Shown piece after piece: positions 33,821 through 46,048 of a DNA stretch of 64,000 bases. Position numbers and translations under genes: made by a program. The notes below the pieces were generated by a model. It was not told the DNA's origin, did not search any database, and worked only from the letters and a program-made list of their open reading frames with translations. The stretch spans positions 192,001 to 256,000 of the forward strand of contig CAVTBU010000006.1 of assembly GCA_963733035.1 (NCBI GenBank), given 5' to 3'. The stretch is from Pirellulales bacterium (GTDB lineage Bacteria; Planctomycetota; Planctomycetia; Pirellulales; PALSA-1355). Positions within the stretch are counted from its first letter, which is position 1, and each line of letters begins with the position of its first letter.

Positions 33821-33877
33821 GATGTCCGAACTTGGGGTTGAGTATGGATGCGGTTGCGAAGGAACGAAGGTCGCCGG

Positions 33878-34273
33878 CTACTTTTTTTTGTAGACTTCTG
33901 CTGGATCGAACACGCGCGTGCCGATGGTTTTCAGGCCTTCCGGCGTTACTTGGCGGAAGAAGCAACTCGAGTAGCCCTCGTGGCAGGCAGCTCCTCCAAT
34001 TTGATGAACTTTGAGCAGGATGGTATCGGCGTCGCAATCGAAGTAGATGCCTTTCACCTCCTGCACGTTGCCGCTTTCCTCGCCTTTGCGCCATAGCTTG
34101 TTGCGGCTGCGGCTAAAGTACACGGCGCGGCCCGTGGCCAGCGTCTCGGCGTAACTCTCGGGGTTCATATAGGCCAGCATCAGGACCTCCCCGGTTGCCT
34201 CATCCTGAGCAATCGCCGGCAACAGGCCGTCGCCCTTGGCAAAATCGGGGGCAGCGGATTCGGAATTCGACAC
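33878..34273 (-). CDS. hisI: Phosphoribosyl-AMP cyclohydrolase
   Basis: LMLAYMN, SRSR.KLW.KGEESGN, DCDAD, ACHEG..SCF. Confidence 0.95.
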   Translation of the reverse strand: MSNSESAAPDFAKGDGLLPAIAQDEATGEVLMLAYMNPESYAETLATGRAVYFSRSRNKLWRKGEESGNVQEVKGIYFDCDADTILLKVHQIGGAACHEGYSSCFFRQVTPEGLKTIGTRVFDPAEVYKKK

Positions 34274-34571
34274 GGGATAGGACTCCTCGCGGTTCGGCAG
34301 CCAGCGGTGCCCGCAGGGCGCCGCGGAAAAACGCTCAGTTTACCCGGCGATTGAGGTACATCCAAGGAGGCGACGTGAAGGGTGGTGCAGCGGCAGTGTC
34401 GTCACTTTCCACATTGCAGGCGTGGATGGGACTTGACCGGCGGCTGTTGGGCGCCCCCTCTTGTGGTTACAATCGGGGTCTGGGAGTGCTTCCCGCGCCG
34501 CGATTCGATCTGGCGCGAGCGCGTCCGATCTCTTCCCATGCTCGGCCATTGAGGAGCAACGACGGATGCAA

Positions 34572-35861
34572 ATGGCATTGGTTTCAGTGCGACAAATCGC
34601 ACGCGTCTTGGCTCTGTGTTTGCCGTTGGTTGCGAGCCTGGGCCATCTCCGCGCCGACGACCCGCAGCCGGCTTCCGAGGAATCCAAGTCCGCTTTCGAC
34701 AACGAAAAACTGATCAAAACACTGCAGGATTCCATTGGGTCGACGGTCAACGTCGAGTTGAAGAGCGGGACGTCGTTCGTCAGGGCCACATTGCTGCGCG
34801 TGGCCTTCGACCGCAAAAAGGGTCTGATTCGGAGCGTGGGATTGCGCGATGCCGACACGGGCAAGTCGCAAAATATTGGCTTTGCCGCGATCAACAAGAT
34901 CCGACTCGATCGCGAGACCATCTACACCGCGCCGGTCGGCCAACCGCGCACCGCGGCCGATCGACGCGCCAGCCTGCGAGCCGAGCGAGCCGCCGAAGCG
35001 CGATCCGAATGGGTTGAGCGGGCCAAGAAGAACGGCGTTGAACCGTGGCCGGAACTGACGCAGGAAGAACACGAAGCAGCCATTGAAGAATATCGCAAGC
35101 TGATGGAGGAGGTTTCGAAAGCGATGCCGGGGATGTCCCTCTATGAGACGCACGAGTTTCTGTTCTTCTCGAACATTCCGGCAAACCAGATCGCACCCTA
35201 CACCACTGCGCTCGATGCCATGCACGACATGATGTGTCAGATGTATGGGATTAAACGTGGAGAACCGGTGTGGAAGGGCAAGTGCCTGGTGATGGCATTT
35301 CTCAATCAGGCGGAGTTTTTGCGATTCGAACAAACCTTCCTGCAAAATAACGACGCCCGAGGTGCCTATGGCCTCTGTCATTCGTACAGCGACGGACGCG
35401 TGATCATTTCCTGCTACCGGGGCGATCGGCCCGAGGATTTTGCCAAGATGCTTGTCCACGAGACGAGCCACGGGTTCATTCATCGCTATCGAACGCCCGT
35501 GCATCCTCCGTCGTGGGTGAATGAGGGGATGGCCGATTGGATCGCGGCGAGGCTGATCGCGACGAGTCGCTCAGTGCCGGTGCGCGAATTGCGTGCGCTA
35601 CAAGTCATGCGTCAAACCGGCAGCATGGGGGGCGGGTTCTTCAAGCCTCGAGGCAACATCGAAGCCTGGCAATACGGGATTGCCTCCAGCATGACGGACT
35701 TCCTGATCCGTCAGAACTCGGCTGCCTATACGCGTTTCATCCAGGGCATCAAGGAGGGCCTGACCTGGGAGAAAAGCCTGCAAGAGTACTATCAGGCAAC
35801 ACCGGAGGAGTTGGTCGCGGCTTACGGCCGAGCGATTGGCGTGCCGAATCTACGGCAGTGA
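34572..35861 (+). CDS. Secreted HExxH zinc-metallopeptidase-like protein
   Basis: Signal peptide; LVHETSHGF...PSWVNEGMAD gluzincin pattern. Confidence 0.7.
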   Translation: MALVSVRQIARVLALCLPLVASLGHLRADDPQPASEESKSAFDNEKLIKTLQDSIGSTVNVELKSGTSFVRATLLRVAFDRKKGLIRSVGLRDADTGKSQNIGFAAINKIRLDRETIYTAPVGQPRTAADRRASLRAERAAEARSEWVERAKKNGVEPWPELTQEEHEAAIEEYRKLMEEVSKAMPGMSLYETHEFLFFSNIPANQIAPYTTALDAMHDMMCQMYGIKRGEPVWKGKCLVMAFLNQAEFLRFEQTFLQNNDARGAYGLCHSYSDGRVIISCYRGDRPEDFAKMLVHETSHGFIHRYRTPVHPPSWVNEGMADWIAARLIATSRSVPVRELRALQVMRQTGSMGGGFFKPRGNIEAWQYGIASSMTDFLIRQNSAAYTRFIQGIKEGLTWEKSLQEYYQATPEELVAAYGRAIGVPNLRQ

Positions 35862-36010
35862 ACGATCGAGGGCTTCGTTTTTGCCCACCCCATTAGGTGT
35901 TTCAAGGTCGTAGACTTGACCGGCGCGCTTGCGGCTGGGCAGAATTGCATGATTCGAGTGGCGGCTCGGAGTTTCGACTCAGTACTCCCCGGGAGCCGAG
36001 CGGTTCGCAC

Positions 36011-36971
36011 ATGATTGAATACGATCGCAAAGATTGGATCGGCAATTTGTTCTCCTATCGCGGCACCGCGCTGCGAAGGGCCGGCAAACGCGTGCTGGTG
36101 ATGACGATCTATGCGGTCATCGTGCAGGCCGTCTATGAACTTGGCGTCCATTATGAAATCGGCGCTGGCGGAAACGACACGGCTCTGAAAGGCTTCTTTG
36201 GGCTGAACCCCGCACAGCACGCGGTGCTCGGGTCGCTACTCGGCTTTTTGATCGTGTTTCGGATGAACGCCTCCAATAACCGCTATTGGGAAGGGCGTTC
36301 GGCCTGGGGGAGCATCATTAATGCCAGCCGCAACCTGGTCCGCGTTGGTGTGGCCCATACGCACGCTGGTGCCGAACTAGCCGACCTGGTGGCCGGTTAT
36401 GTCATCAGCCTGCGGCGATCGCTCCAGGGCAATATCGACATGGAGGAGACCGACGTCTTCCTGCCGGACGAGTTGCGCGCAGGCCGAGCGTTTCGGCAAT
36501 CCGCCTACCTGCGTGGCGTTTGCCATCTCGGCTTGGATTGAACGGGAGTATCGAGCCGGGCAACTCGAATCGCAGTTGGTCCGGCACATGGAAGATCAGC
36601 TGTCGAAGCTGGTCGACTCGCAAGGTGCCTGCGAAAAGATTCGCAAGACGCCGATGCCGTTTGTCTACGTGGTAATGATCAAGCAGCTGATCCTGGTCTA
36701 TCTGCTCACGTTGCCGTTTGCCGTGGGGAAGGAATGCGGCTGGTGGTCGCCGGTCGTGATGGCGATCGTCGCGCTTGGGCTATTCGGCATGGAAGAAGCC
36801 GGCGTCGAAACCGAAGACCCCTTTGGCACGGACGACAACTGCCTGGACATGGTGACCTATACATTGACCATCGCCCGCGACACGGGGCAAATGGCCGCCG
36901 GAAAGCCGGTGCCGCAGAATCGCGAAGTACTAATCGAATCGATCAGCAACGGCGACAGCGAAACCGGCTAG
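36011..36971 (+). CDS. Bestrophin family channel, frameshift near 36475
   Basis: FR.N.S..RYWEGR..WG, CEKIRKTPMP, EDPFG.D.N. Confidence 0.88.
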
Positions 36972-37443
36972 CGTCTCAATCGTGAACGGAACACGCGGAC
37001 TTCCGTCGAATTGGGGTGGCTCCAACACCACGCGCTCGTCAAGGCATCCTGCCGTGGCAACCGCGAAAGCAGCTAACGAACACGTTAGCTATCGGACGCA
37101 AACCACTTGAATGCGCAAATACGAACGGATCGTCTGCGCGCGGTGAAGCGGTGGGATAAAGCGTTACAAATGAGTAAGCCGCGTCTGGGGTACCGCGTTT
37201 GCTTCCCTGCCAGCGCACGAAAGCGATTGCTGTTTTCAGGTGCAATCTGCCTTGACAGGTTGCGGCGCGTGCCTAGTTGCACGGCACTCTACGCTGGCGG
37301 CGTCGCTCTTGTCAGCAAGTTTCGTCCCTGGTAATCAGACTCTCGGCAGAGCCCGGAGACATTTTCGATTTCCACCTGGGAATCAACGGACCTGAGCCTG
37401 ACTCGAACGTGTTGAACGACGTGAATTAAGCGAGACAACGAAT

Positions 37444-40400
37444 ATGATCGCACGGTACCGACCTGATGAATCCAACCAATCCAAACCGGGCGCCAACCAG
37501 CAGTCGGCTCAACTAGAACGCCTTTGCGCGGCGATCAGCAAGGCCGCCGAACTGTTGCCGACGTCCGGGCCGATCACGTCGTTCGCATTCTTAAACACCT
37601 TGCAGGCTCTCGAGAATTTGAGTTTTGAAGAGGGCATTGAGCGCGGAGCGACACTCTTTGGTTGCCAGCCGTGGCTGCCGGAAGAATCCTATCGGTTGTT
37701 CATGGCCAATCGTCGCATCGATGCCGAAGATCTGGCCACCGTGCTCTATGAAAGTCTTCGCGAAGAGGGAGCCGTGCCTGTGGGTGGGCTCTGTTCGCGA
37801 TATGATTTCCGCCTCGCGATGCTTAAGTATTCACTCCCCGCGGGTTCGCCGGAGGAACTGCGCTGGTACCTGGACGATAGCCAGGCACTCACCCGGTTCC
37901 GCCAGGATACTTCCGCAGAGACGAAGCGCCAGTTGCGTGACGAGACACGGCAGTGGTTGATGACCGAAGTGGCAACTGCAACGGAGAAAGTTGACCCGTC
38001 GGCCGACCCCTACGCGATGATGCTGGCCGATCTGGCACGCGAACTCAAGGCATCCGAGCTTGGCTATTGGACCAAGTCGGATGCCGAGTTGGACGCGATC
38101 TGCTTGCAGTCTTTGTGGCGCATCTGTACCGACCAAAGTGAACAGCTCGAACTTTCTCCAGTCCCCAAGCGGGCACCCCTCCGCGTGCGCGATCTGCTGT
38201 TCGACGCAACGGGCGAAGACAGCGATCTGTTGGTCCACGAGACGTTGATTCGTTTTTGTGCGGCGTTCACGGACCAGGGATTGGCCGATTGGCCCTTACC
38301 CGGCAAGGAGGAGGGCTTCTACCAGGCATTCTTGCAGCTCTATCGCGATCAGGCTGGATTACCCAACCATTGGATGCAAAGTCTCGCCGGCGAGATCGAC
38401 AGGTTAACGAGCTGTCAAATCGATCCCCTCGAATCGATACGCGAATCGTTGAGCATGTTGGGCTACTCCGAGGAGGAGTGGCCAGAAGTCATGCAAGCCA
38501 CGCTCTTGGCTTTGCCGGGTTGGGCCGGACTCATCCGGCACATGGAAGTGCGAGCGGACCGCTTTGCATTCCCCGCTCCGTCTGGCACGCTGTTGGGCTA
38601 CTTGGCCATTCGGCTGATTTTGGAGCGACAGGCACTCGCACACCTCAGCCGGAATACGCCGTTTGAAGTGTCGCAGTTAAACCAGCTGCGCGGCAAGCTG
38701 CTGCGGTCTCGGGTCAGCCCTGTGGATTCGCTCGGCTTCGGACGTGCGTTCGCAGTCTTTCAACTGGCGCAACTCTTGCGATGGTCGCCCCCCCGGCTGT
38801 CAAGATTGTCCGCCGATGATTGGAAATCGTTGGTCGAGGAGGTCGAGGCTTTTGGAAACGTCCAGCGCCGCCAACTCTTGCATCGGGCTTACGAACGACA
38901 TTTCGAATGCCAGGTGCTCGACGCGCTGTGGTCTTATGGTCAGCGTGCGACGACGCGATTGGCCGCGCCCGGTTTTCAGGCGGCGTTTTGTATCGACGCG
39001 CGCGAAGAATCGTTTCGGCGGCATATCGAGGAGGTAGGACAAAACGTCGAGACCTTTGGCGTGGCCGGCTTTTTTGGCGTGCCGATGTATTACCGGGGAG
39101 TGGCCGATGCCCATTTCGTGCCCCTGTGCCCCATCGTGATCAAGCCCGGCCATTGGGTTACAGAAGAAGTTGTTTACCCGCTGGGCGACGCGCATCGTCG
39201 TCGGAGTAACGTCCGGCGCCTGCTGGGAACCGCCGCCCACCGATTGCACATGAGTAGCCGCGGAGTTGCCCACGGCGCGGTGGTAACTGCCGGGCTGGGC
39301 GTGCTGGCGTCGGTCCCCTTGATTGCACGCGTGTTGTTTCCGCGAGCGACTGGCCGCGTTCGCAGCGTGGCCGGACGCATTGCACGGGCACCTTCGATGA
39401 CGCGATTGCGATTGCACCGTAGCGAAGCGGAGCCAGGACCCGAAAACGGTCACATCGGTTTTACGACCGACGAAATGGCGAATCTGGCCGAGCGCACTTT
39501 GCGCGAAATCGGTTTGACGTACGGCTTCGCGCGGTTGGTCGTGTTTTTTGGACACGGGTCCACATCGGTCAACAATCCGCACAAGTCGGTCTACGATTGC
39601 GGCGCTTGCACGGGAAATCCTGGCGGGCCGAACGCGCGCGCCTTGGCCGCCATGCTGAACGACGGCCACGTGCGAAACGTTTTGGCCCGACGAGGCGTGG
39701 AAATTCCTCGAGACACTTATTTCCTGGGTGGCATGCACAACACGAGTGACGACTCGGTGGCGTTCTTCGATCTGCAGGCCCTGCCTGCCTCTCACATTGG
39801 TGACTTTGAGGAATTGAAACATGTGCTCGCAGAAGCCTGCAACCGCAACGCGCACGAACGCTGCCGACGTTTCGACTCGGCTCCCTTGAGTCTGTCATTT
39901 TCGGCCGCGAAGCGACACGTTGAAGAGCGGTCGATGGATTTAGTGCAAGCCCGACCAGAATTTGGCAACGCATCCAACGCGATGTGCATCGTGGGCAGGC
40001 GACAACGCTCGCATGGACTTTTTCTCGACCGAAGGTCGTTCCTGATGTCTTATGACCCCGCCCAAGACGATGCCGAGTTCAATATACTAGAGAGAATTCT
40101 GAACGCCGTCGTACCAGTTTGCGAAGGCATCAACATGCAGTATTTTCTGTCCAGCATCGATTCGAGCGGCTGGGGATGCGGTTCAAAATTGCCGCACAAT
40201 ATCACCTCGCTATTGGGCATCATGGACGGGGCAGCCAGCGATTTGCGTTCCGGATTGCCGTGGCAGGGGGTTGAGATTCACGAACCCATGCGGCTGCTTT
40301 TCGTTGTCGAAACCACACCTGAGGCGATGCGTAAAATTATGCAGCGCAATCAGGCGATCGGGCGGATCCTGCGCAACGGATGGGCGCGGTTGGCGGTTCT

Positions 40401-40610
40401 TTCGCCCACGTCGAACAATATCGTTGTGTATACCGATGGAGAATTTCGGGCATACGAACCGTCGGCGGCGCAACTACGGAGGCCGAGTCGTCGACTGGCT
40501 GGTACCAGGGATGGCGTGACAACCTGGACATTGCCGTGATTGAGCGGCCCGCTGATCGGCAGGACGAGGCCAAGGCTTCGGAAGAATCGTCGGTGTCGAC
40601 GCAGTCCTGA
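37444..40610 (+). CDS. dabA: DUF2309/UPF0753 inorganic carbon pump subunit DabA-like, frameshift near 40480
   Basis: FCIDAREES, GHGS and DCGAC Zn ligands, HEPMRL; C-terminal WYQGWRD is in the shifted frame. Confidence 0.85.
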
Positions 40611-40725
40611 CGCGCGGTCGAGCGACGCCAACGAGACAGGACGGGAACCATCCCGATTCGGGGCGCGGTTCCCGTCCTGCATTTTTTGCGATTGGCTCGA
40701 AAGCCATCTCAAGGTTACCAGGGGA

Positions 40726-41235
40726 TCATTCCACCGACTTCGTAAGCGATTGTTCCTGCAGGAACGGAAGCAGATCGGTGTGGTGTCCGATCATCTTCCA
40801 CTCGCCGTTCTCTTTGCGAAACACGTTGGTGGCTCGGATCGAAACTGCCTCTGGCTGACCCTGGCCATCCAGATTGTTGCCTTGTTCGTAGCACTGCACC
40901 ACGGCCAGGTCATCTCCAGCCGTGATATGCAGGTCGCGGGGTTCGACCCGACCGCCGAGTTTCAAGGCGGCCTGCGCTTCCCATTGCGCGCCCACTTGTT
41001 CCCAGCCGATCTGGAATCCACCGTCGGGGCCGAGGTAGGTAACGTCATCGGCGTGCGACCAGACCTCTTGCATAGGTGCGACGTCGCCCGTGAACATTGC
41101 GTTGAGACCCGTGTAGAATTTGGCCACCACTTGCTCGACCGCTTCTGTGTTTTCCGCATAGGAGTCGGCTGGCTCGGCATACGCCGCGCCTGCCATAAGA
41201 AATGCCGTCGAGAGAATCAGCGTCTTTGCGTGCAT
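40726..41235 (-). CDS. Secreted SnoaL/NTF2-like protein
   Basis: Signal peptide; RATNVFRKENGEWKMIGHH. Confidence 0.8.
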   Translation of the reverse strand: MHAKTLILSTAFLMAGAAYAEPADSYAENTEAVEQVVAKFYTGLNAMFTGDVAPMQEVWSHADDVTYLGPDGGFQIGWEQVGAQWEAQAALKLGGRVEPRDLHITAGDDLAVVQCYEQGNNLDGQGQPEAVSIRATNVFRKENGEWKMIGHHTDLLPFLQEQSLTKSVE

Positions 41236-41485
41236 AAAACTATCCTTCTTGAGATGTGACGAGAAAAATCGTTGTACCGCCGCACCATCGATGCCAGCGA
41301 GGCGAGCAACGCCGTACGAAGTTCGAGCCGGCATTTGGCCGTCGGCTCCGGCATCGACTTCTTCCATCTGAAGAGTAGCTTGCCGATTCTGAGCGGTCGT
41401 TTCCCTCGATTTTCGCCGTTTCAACGAGACGAAACCGCCGCCAACGGCCTGCGGGCACTAGGCAGACCGGTCGGCCGAGCGGGAC

Positions 41486-42133
41486 TCAATCGGCTTGGTC
41501 TTCGAGGCCGCGCAAACTTGCCAATTCGTTGTCGACGGCTTGCCTGGTCATGGCCTCAAAGGCCGGCAGCGTTCGCAGCGATCGGGCCGTGGGATAGATA
41601 ATTGATCTGGAATGCGGCGTGCCGTCTTTGGCAGGCGGATCGCACTCGAGATAGTCTTCCTCGATCAGTCGGCACAGGGCTGGCATGATTTGTTTGGGTG
41701 TTTTATCCAGATAGGCGGCGATCGCGTCGGCTTTTGGACGATAGTGCCTCTCCTCGCCGTCCAAATACATCACTGCCAGGTCCAGCACGTACGAGACGAT
41801 TTCCCGGCCAAGCCGCGTCAACGCGTGCTGGGCGTGATTGGCCGAGGTTTGCGATTCCTCCTGGTCGGGCTGACATTCCGCACAGGCAGTCAGTCGGCCA
41901 CCGGTCTGCTCCACGGCCCAGTCGGCAAGCTCCGTCGCATCCAGCGAGCACGCCTTGATATGCGCACCGGTAGTCAGGCGAGCGCGTTTGTGGGACTTGA
42001 TAATGGAACACGTCGCCCGGTGCAGAATCAGATGATTCTTCGTCGGCTTGCGTTTGCTGTCGACGACATATCCTTGGCGATGGCGCGACAGCCACGAAAC
42101 GTACGCGGCGTCGTCATTGATGATGATCAGCAT
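41486..42133 (-). CDS. Hypothetical protein
   Basis: 215-aa ORF; DDAAY..WL..H..GYV...LHRATC...KAC N-terminus and a possible winged-helix C-terminus. Confidence 0.6.
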   Translation of the reverse strand: MLIIINDDAAYVSWLSRHRQGYVVDSKRKPTKNHLILHRATCSIIKSHKRARLTTGAHIKACSLDATELADWAVEQTGGRLTACAECQPDQEESQTSANHAQHALTRLGREIVSYVLDLAVMYLDGEERHYRPKADAIAAYLDKTPKQIMPALCRLIEEDYLECDPPAKDGTPHSRSIIYPTARSLRTLPAFEAMTRQAVDNELASLRGLEDQAD

Positions 42134-42459
42134 CGCAGTCGCGGGTCACGTGAATTCTGTTGGTTTTTGGGGCAGCCTCATTGTCTTATCTTATGCTAAA
42201 CGGGTTGGACTATGAGTAACATTTCAGAGCTCATTTGTGCGACAGATTCCAGAAATCTAGGTAGCGGCGCTCGCGGCTCTGTACCACGTGACCGAATGTC
42301 AACCGAAGCCGCACGTTTGTTTCGATCGGCGAACAAGTGGGATACAATCGGAGGCGCGCGGCTGTGGGTGACGTGCGATTTGGACCCCCGCTTCGTGTCG
42401 TATTATAGCGCGATGAGCCGACAACAATATCCTTGCCGTCGTTTTTGCGGAGCCCGGTC

Positions 42460-43883
42460 GTGGACAATTATTCGGACTATGATGGCCTGGGTTTGGCCGA
42501 ACTTGTCGCAAAAAAGCAAGTGTCGCCGACCGAGCTGGTCGAGGCCGCAATCGCTTGCATCGAACGGCACAACCCGATCTTGAACGCGGTTGTCTACCAG
42601 GGCTTTGATGACGCTCGCGCTCGCGCCAAAAGTGAACTACCGGACGGCCCGTTCAAGGGCGTGCCGTTCTTGATCAAGGACCTGGCCATGCCAGTCGCTG
42701 GCTGGCCGCGCACGTCAGGAAGCCGGTTCGCTGCCAGAATTGTGGACAACGAGGACGGCGGACTCACCGCGCGCTACCGCGCCGCCGGCGTCATCCCGAT
42801 TGGTAAGACCAATACACCGGAATTTGGCATCACGGGCACCACCGAGAGTGCTTATCTTGGACCATGTCGCAACCCCTGGAACTCGCGACATATTGCTGGC
42901 GGCTCGTCTGGCGGATCGGCTGCGGCGGTTGCAGCGGGCATGGTGCCCATGGCGCACGCGTCGGATGGACTGGGCTCAATCCGAATTCCAGCGGCGTGCT
43001 GCGGCCTCGTGGGCCTGAAGGTCACCCGCGACCGCAACCCGAATCTTCCCGATGGCTACGACTATGTGGTCGGGCAGGTGGTCGATCATGTGGTGACCCG
43101 GACCGTACGCGACTCGGCCGCCATGCTGGACGCCACCGGCTATCCCGAACCCGGCTCTCCATACGCGAACCCACCAAAGTCGGGACCGTATCTACGGGAG
43201 GTCGGCCGCAGTCCTGGCCGGTTGCGGATCGCCTGGTCTGCTAAGACTCCCAGCGGCCGCCCGATCAGCGATGAGGTGCAAGCGGCGCTGTGCGCACCGC
43301 TGAGCTCTTGAAACATCTCGGCCACGACGTGATCGAGCGTGGCCTCGGCATCGACTACCGAGCACTCTATGCCGCGCGCGCTCCGGTCGGCGCGGCCAAC
43401 TTTGCCGCCGGCATGGCTCGTCTTATCGAACAGATCGGTCGCGAACCCGAGCCCGACGACCTTGAGCCACTCACCTGGCAGGTACTAGAGGCCGGACGCA
43501 ATGTGACCGGCGTCGAAGCTCTTCGTGCCATGCATGAAATACGAATGCTCAATCGCAAGACGCTGTTGGCGTTCGAGGACATTGACGTTTATTTATCGCC
43601 TGTGATGGGAGAGCCGCCGCCGGAGATCGGCCACATCGATCCGGTTAACTTGGAGCCGCGCGAACTGTACCGTCGCCAGAACCGCGTTTTCCCATTTACC
43701 CCGACGTTCAATTTCTCCGGCCAGCCTTCGCTGTCGTTGCCGCTGCAGATGTCGGCCAGCAATTTGCCCATCGGAATGATGTTTACCGCCAAATATGCCG
43801 ACGAAGCCACCCTATTCCGGCTGGCCAGCCAGTTGGAAAAGGAAGCACCGTGGGCGGCCCGCCGTCCGCCCATTTGGGGCTAG
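42460..43883 (+). CDS. Amidase signature family protein, frameshift near 43290
   Basis: GVPFLIKD, GGSSGGSAAAV, DGLGSIRIP. Confidence 0.9.
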
Positions 43884-44312
43884 CTGAGGCTCGGCAAGCG
43901 CACTCGGGTGGGCGGAAGGGACCAGCACGCCTAACTCGCGACCAATGCAAAAGCCCGGGTTTGCCGAGTCCTGCGACTGCTCGCGACAAGTATGGGACAC
44001 ATTCCACGGGGAGCCGAACAACGAGCAATCTCGCGAGGCACCGATAGCGTTCTGGGCAGTTTTTGCAAGCGCCTTCGCTCCCGCGGCCGTCGCTTAATCC
44101 GGTGTCGCGGCCAGGAGTTTGACCTTCTAACTTAGCAGGGTCGCGTGCAAATCCGCCACACAACGAGGACCCTCATCCACAAGGCCCCTTGCTGGCAGGT
44201 CTTGAGTACCGACACGCATGACTGGTTCCATGTCTGTGGCCCGGGAAATCCAGTTTCGACCGAGATTTTTTTGAACCAACGTCGCTCGGCGCAACCTTAG
44301 AATACCAGTACG

Positions 44313-44879
44313 ATGCGCGACCATGCCCAACAGGCCGTGACCGAGCTCTTGGTCTTGCGAGCGCAAGCGGGCCATGCCGACGCGCTATCGTTGCTGGTGC
44401 GCGACTGGCACGATCGGTTGGTCCGCCACGCACAGCGACTAACTGGCCACGAGGAGGCGGGTCGTGACGTGGTGCAAGAAGCCTGGATCGACGTGTCACG
44501 CGGTTTATGGGCTCTCGACGATCCCGCTCGCTTTGGCGCATGGGTGTTTCGGATTGTCACCAGGCGATCGGCGTTGTGGATTCGTCAGGAGCAGCGTCGT
44601 CGTCGACGCGAAAAGTCGACCCACGCCGCCAGTCCGACCGCATCGTCGCCGGGCGATCATCGCGAGGCCGGGCGGCGAGCCGAGGCAATCGACGATATGC
44701 ACCACGCCTTGAAAAGACTATCTACCGAAGACCAAGCTCTTCTTGAACTCCGCTATTTGCACGAATTCTCAATTGATGAAGTCGCAATCGCACTTGACAT
44801 TCCATCGGGCACGGCCAAGTCACGACTGTTTCATGCCCGGCAACGCTTAAAAGAGGAACTCCAGAGGGTACCCAAATGA
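44313..44879 (+). CDS. ECF RNA polymerase sigma factor
   Basis: DVVQEAW, FGAW, EVAIALDIPSGTAKSRL. Confidence 0.9.
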   Translation: MRDHAQQAVTELLVLRAQAGHADALSLLVRDWHDRLVRHAQRLTGHEEAGRDVVQEAWIDVSRGLWALDDPARFGAWVFRIVTRRSALWIRQEQRRRRREKSTHAASPTASSPGDHREAGRRAEAIDDMHHALKRLSTEDQALLELRYLHEFSIDEVAIALDIPSGTAKSRLFHARQRLKEELQRVPK

Positions 44880-45244
44880 CACACTCAGAAGACAAACTCG
44901 TTGAGGCGCTCAAGCGGCTCGATTTGGAAAGCGGCGATGATGTGGAGACCCTTTCGGGCGTGGTCGCTGACATGGTGCGCAATCAGTCGCGGTATCTTGT
45001 CGCACTGCCGTGGATCTTCACGTTCGTGTTCCTGGGAGTGGCTGTTTATTCGGCCGTGCGGTTTTTCGCCACCCAAGAGCCTAAAGAGTGGGTGCTTTAT
45101 GCCACGTTGTTTCTAACGGCCATGATCGTTGTGGCAATCTTTAAGTTGTGGTTCTATCTGGTGTGGGTCCGCAATTCGATACTCCGCGAGATCAAGCGTA
45201 GCGAACTTCGCCTGCTCGTCGCCCGATCGTCGAAGGCAGAGTAA
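44876..45244 (+). CDS. Membrane putative anti-sigma factor (DUF6768-like)
   Basis: ATGA overlap with the sigma gene; two TM segments; KLW...RNSILREIKR.EL. Confidence 0.7.
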   Translation: MTHSEDKLVEALKRLDLESGDDVETLSGVVADMVRNQSRYLVALPWIFTFVFLGVAVYSAVRFFATQEPKEWVLYATLFLTAMIVVAIFKLWFYLVWVRNSILREIKRSELRLLVARSSKAE

Positions 45245-45255
45245 AGTGAATACCG

Positions 45256-45328
45256 TGTCCTTGCCAGGAATTGAACCTGGTCCTCGGCCTTCGCACGGTC
45301 GTATGGGAATCCGACAAACCCCAAGGAC
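45256..45328 (-). tRNA. Diverged tRNA-Arg(GCG) copy, possibly a pseudogene
   Basis: Reverse complement closely resembles 59122-59194; T-arm CCAGGTTCAATTCCTGG. Confidence 0.55.
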
Positions 45329-45407
45329 GTTTGATGTCTCGCTCTGGAACCGGCCAGCAGGCGAGCACTCCGGGGTGATCCACGAGGACGAACGTCTTGT
45401 TTCAAGG

Positions 45408-45657
45408 TGTCTCAGGTGGGACTCGAACCCCTAGCGCAAACCCCGGGGAACACCGCCAAATCGCAACTCGCGATGCACAAAACGGCGCAGTTGCCGCACG
45501 GGGGCAGTTGGACGCGGAAAGGGATGCCCAGGTCAGCCCTTTGAGCCAGGCCAAAATCGACGTCGCCCTCGTGGTCGTCATTCAAGCCTGGCCGCACCTG
45601 CCCGAGGCGATTCGGAAGGGGATCCTGGCGCTGGTGCGGGTGGCGGACGGTCCGTGA
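45408..45657 (+). repeat. Left copy of ~240-bp direct repeat beginning with a tRNA T-arm-like fragment
   Basis: GGACTCGAACCCC...GCACAAAACGGCGC...AAATCGACGTCG.CCTCGTGGTCGTCAT.CA.GCCTGGCCGCACCTGCCC.AGGCGAT; matches 61362-61610. Confidence 0.85.
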
Positions 45658-45821
45658 TCTTTCTGCTTCGAATACGTCATTCATGTCGCGGATCCGTTCG
45701 TGCATGATCATCCTTGCGATGTATGTGTGACGCTGGACTGTGACCACATACTAAATAGCGAGTCGCAATTGCGTCGTGAAGCAAACCGACTGCTTTCAGC
45801 AAAGTAACTCACTTTCGGCGA

Positions 45822-46017
45822 TTGAAAGCAGGCCAGGCGTCGTGCTACCTTTCTGTTACTCAACGATGCACTCGTTGGGCCGGTCATCCTGAGTGACCGG
45901 GGTATCCGAAGAGCTCGACAGCACGTCCTCGTCCAAGTAGGCACCTGACAACGAGTATCCAGAGAGCCCGTAATCGGCATGCGCTGCAACAGCGCGCCGA
46001 CTACGGGCTCTTTTTTT
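45822..46017 (+). promoter_or_regulatory. Conserved leader: putative promoter, structured RNA and intrinsic terminator (copy 1)
   Basis: TTGAAA-18-TACCTT with extended TG; core nearly identical to 57892-58088(-); ends GAGCCCG...CGGGCTC-T7. Confidence 0.75.
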
Positions 46018-46048
46018 GTGGGGTTGTCTATCAGGGAGATTCAACGCC

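Noticed and set aside
45397..45657. 86-aa ORF (and 61362-61610) as a confident CDS
   Set aside because: No clear start or RBS; only the 3' half is conserved, so it is recorded as a repeat.
45865..46017. Known riboswitch (SAH, ZTP, ykkC, T-box) or c4 RNA
   Set aside because: Only superficial resemblance by eye; the signature motifs as I recall them are absent. An Rfam scan is needed to exclude formally.
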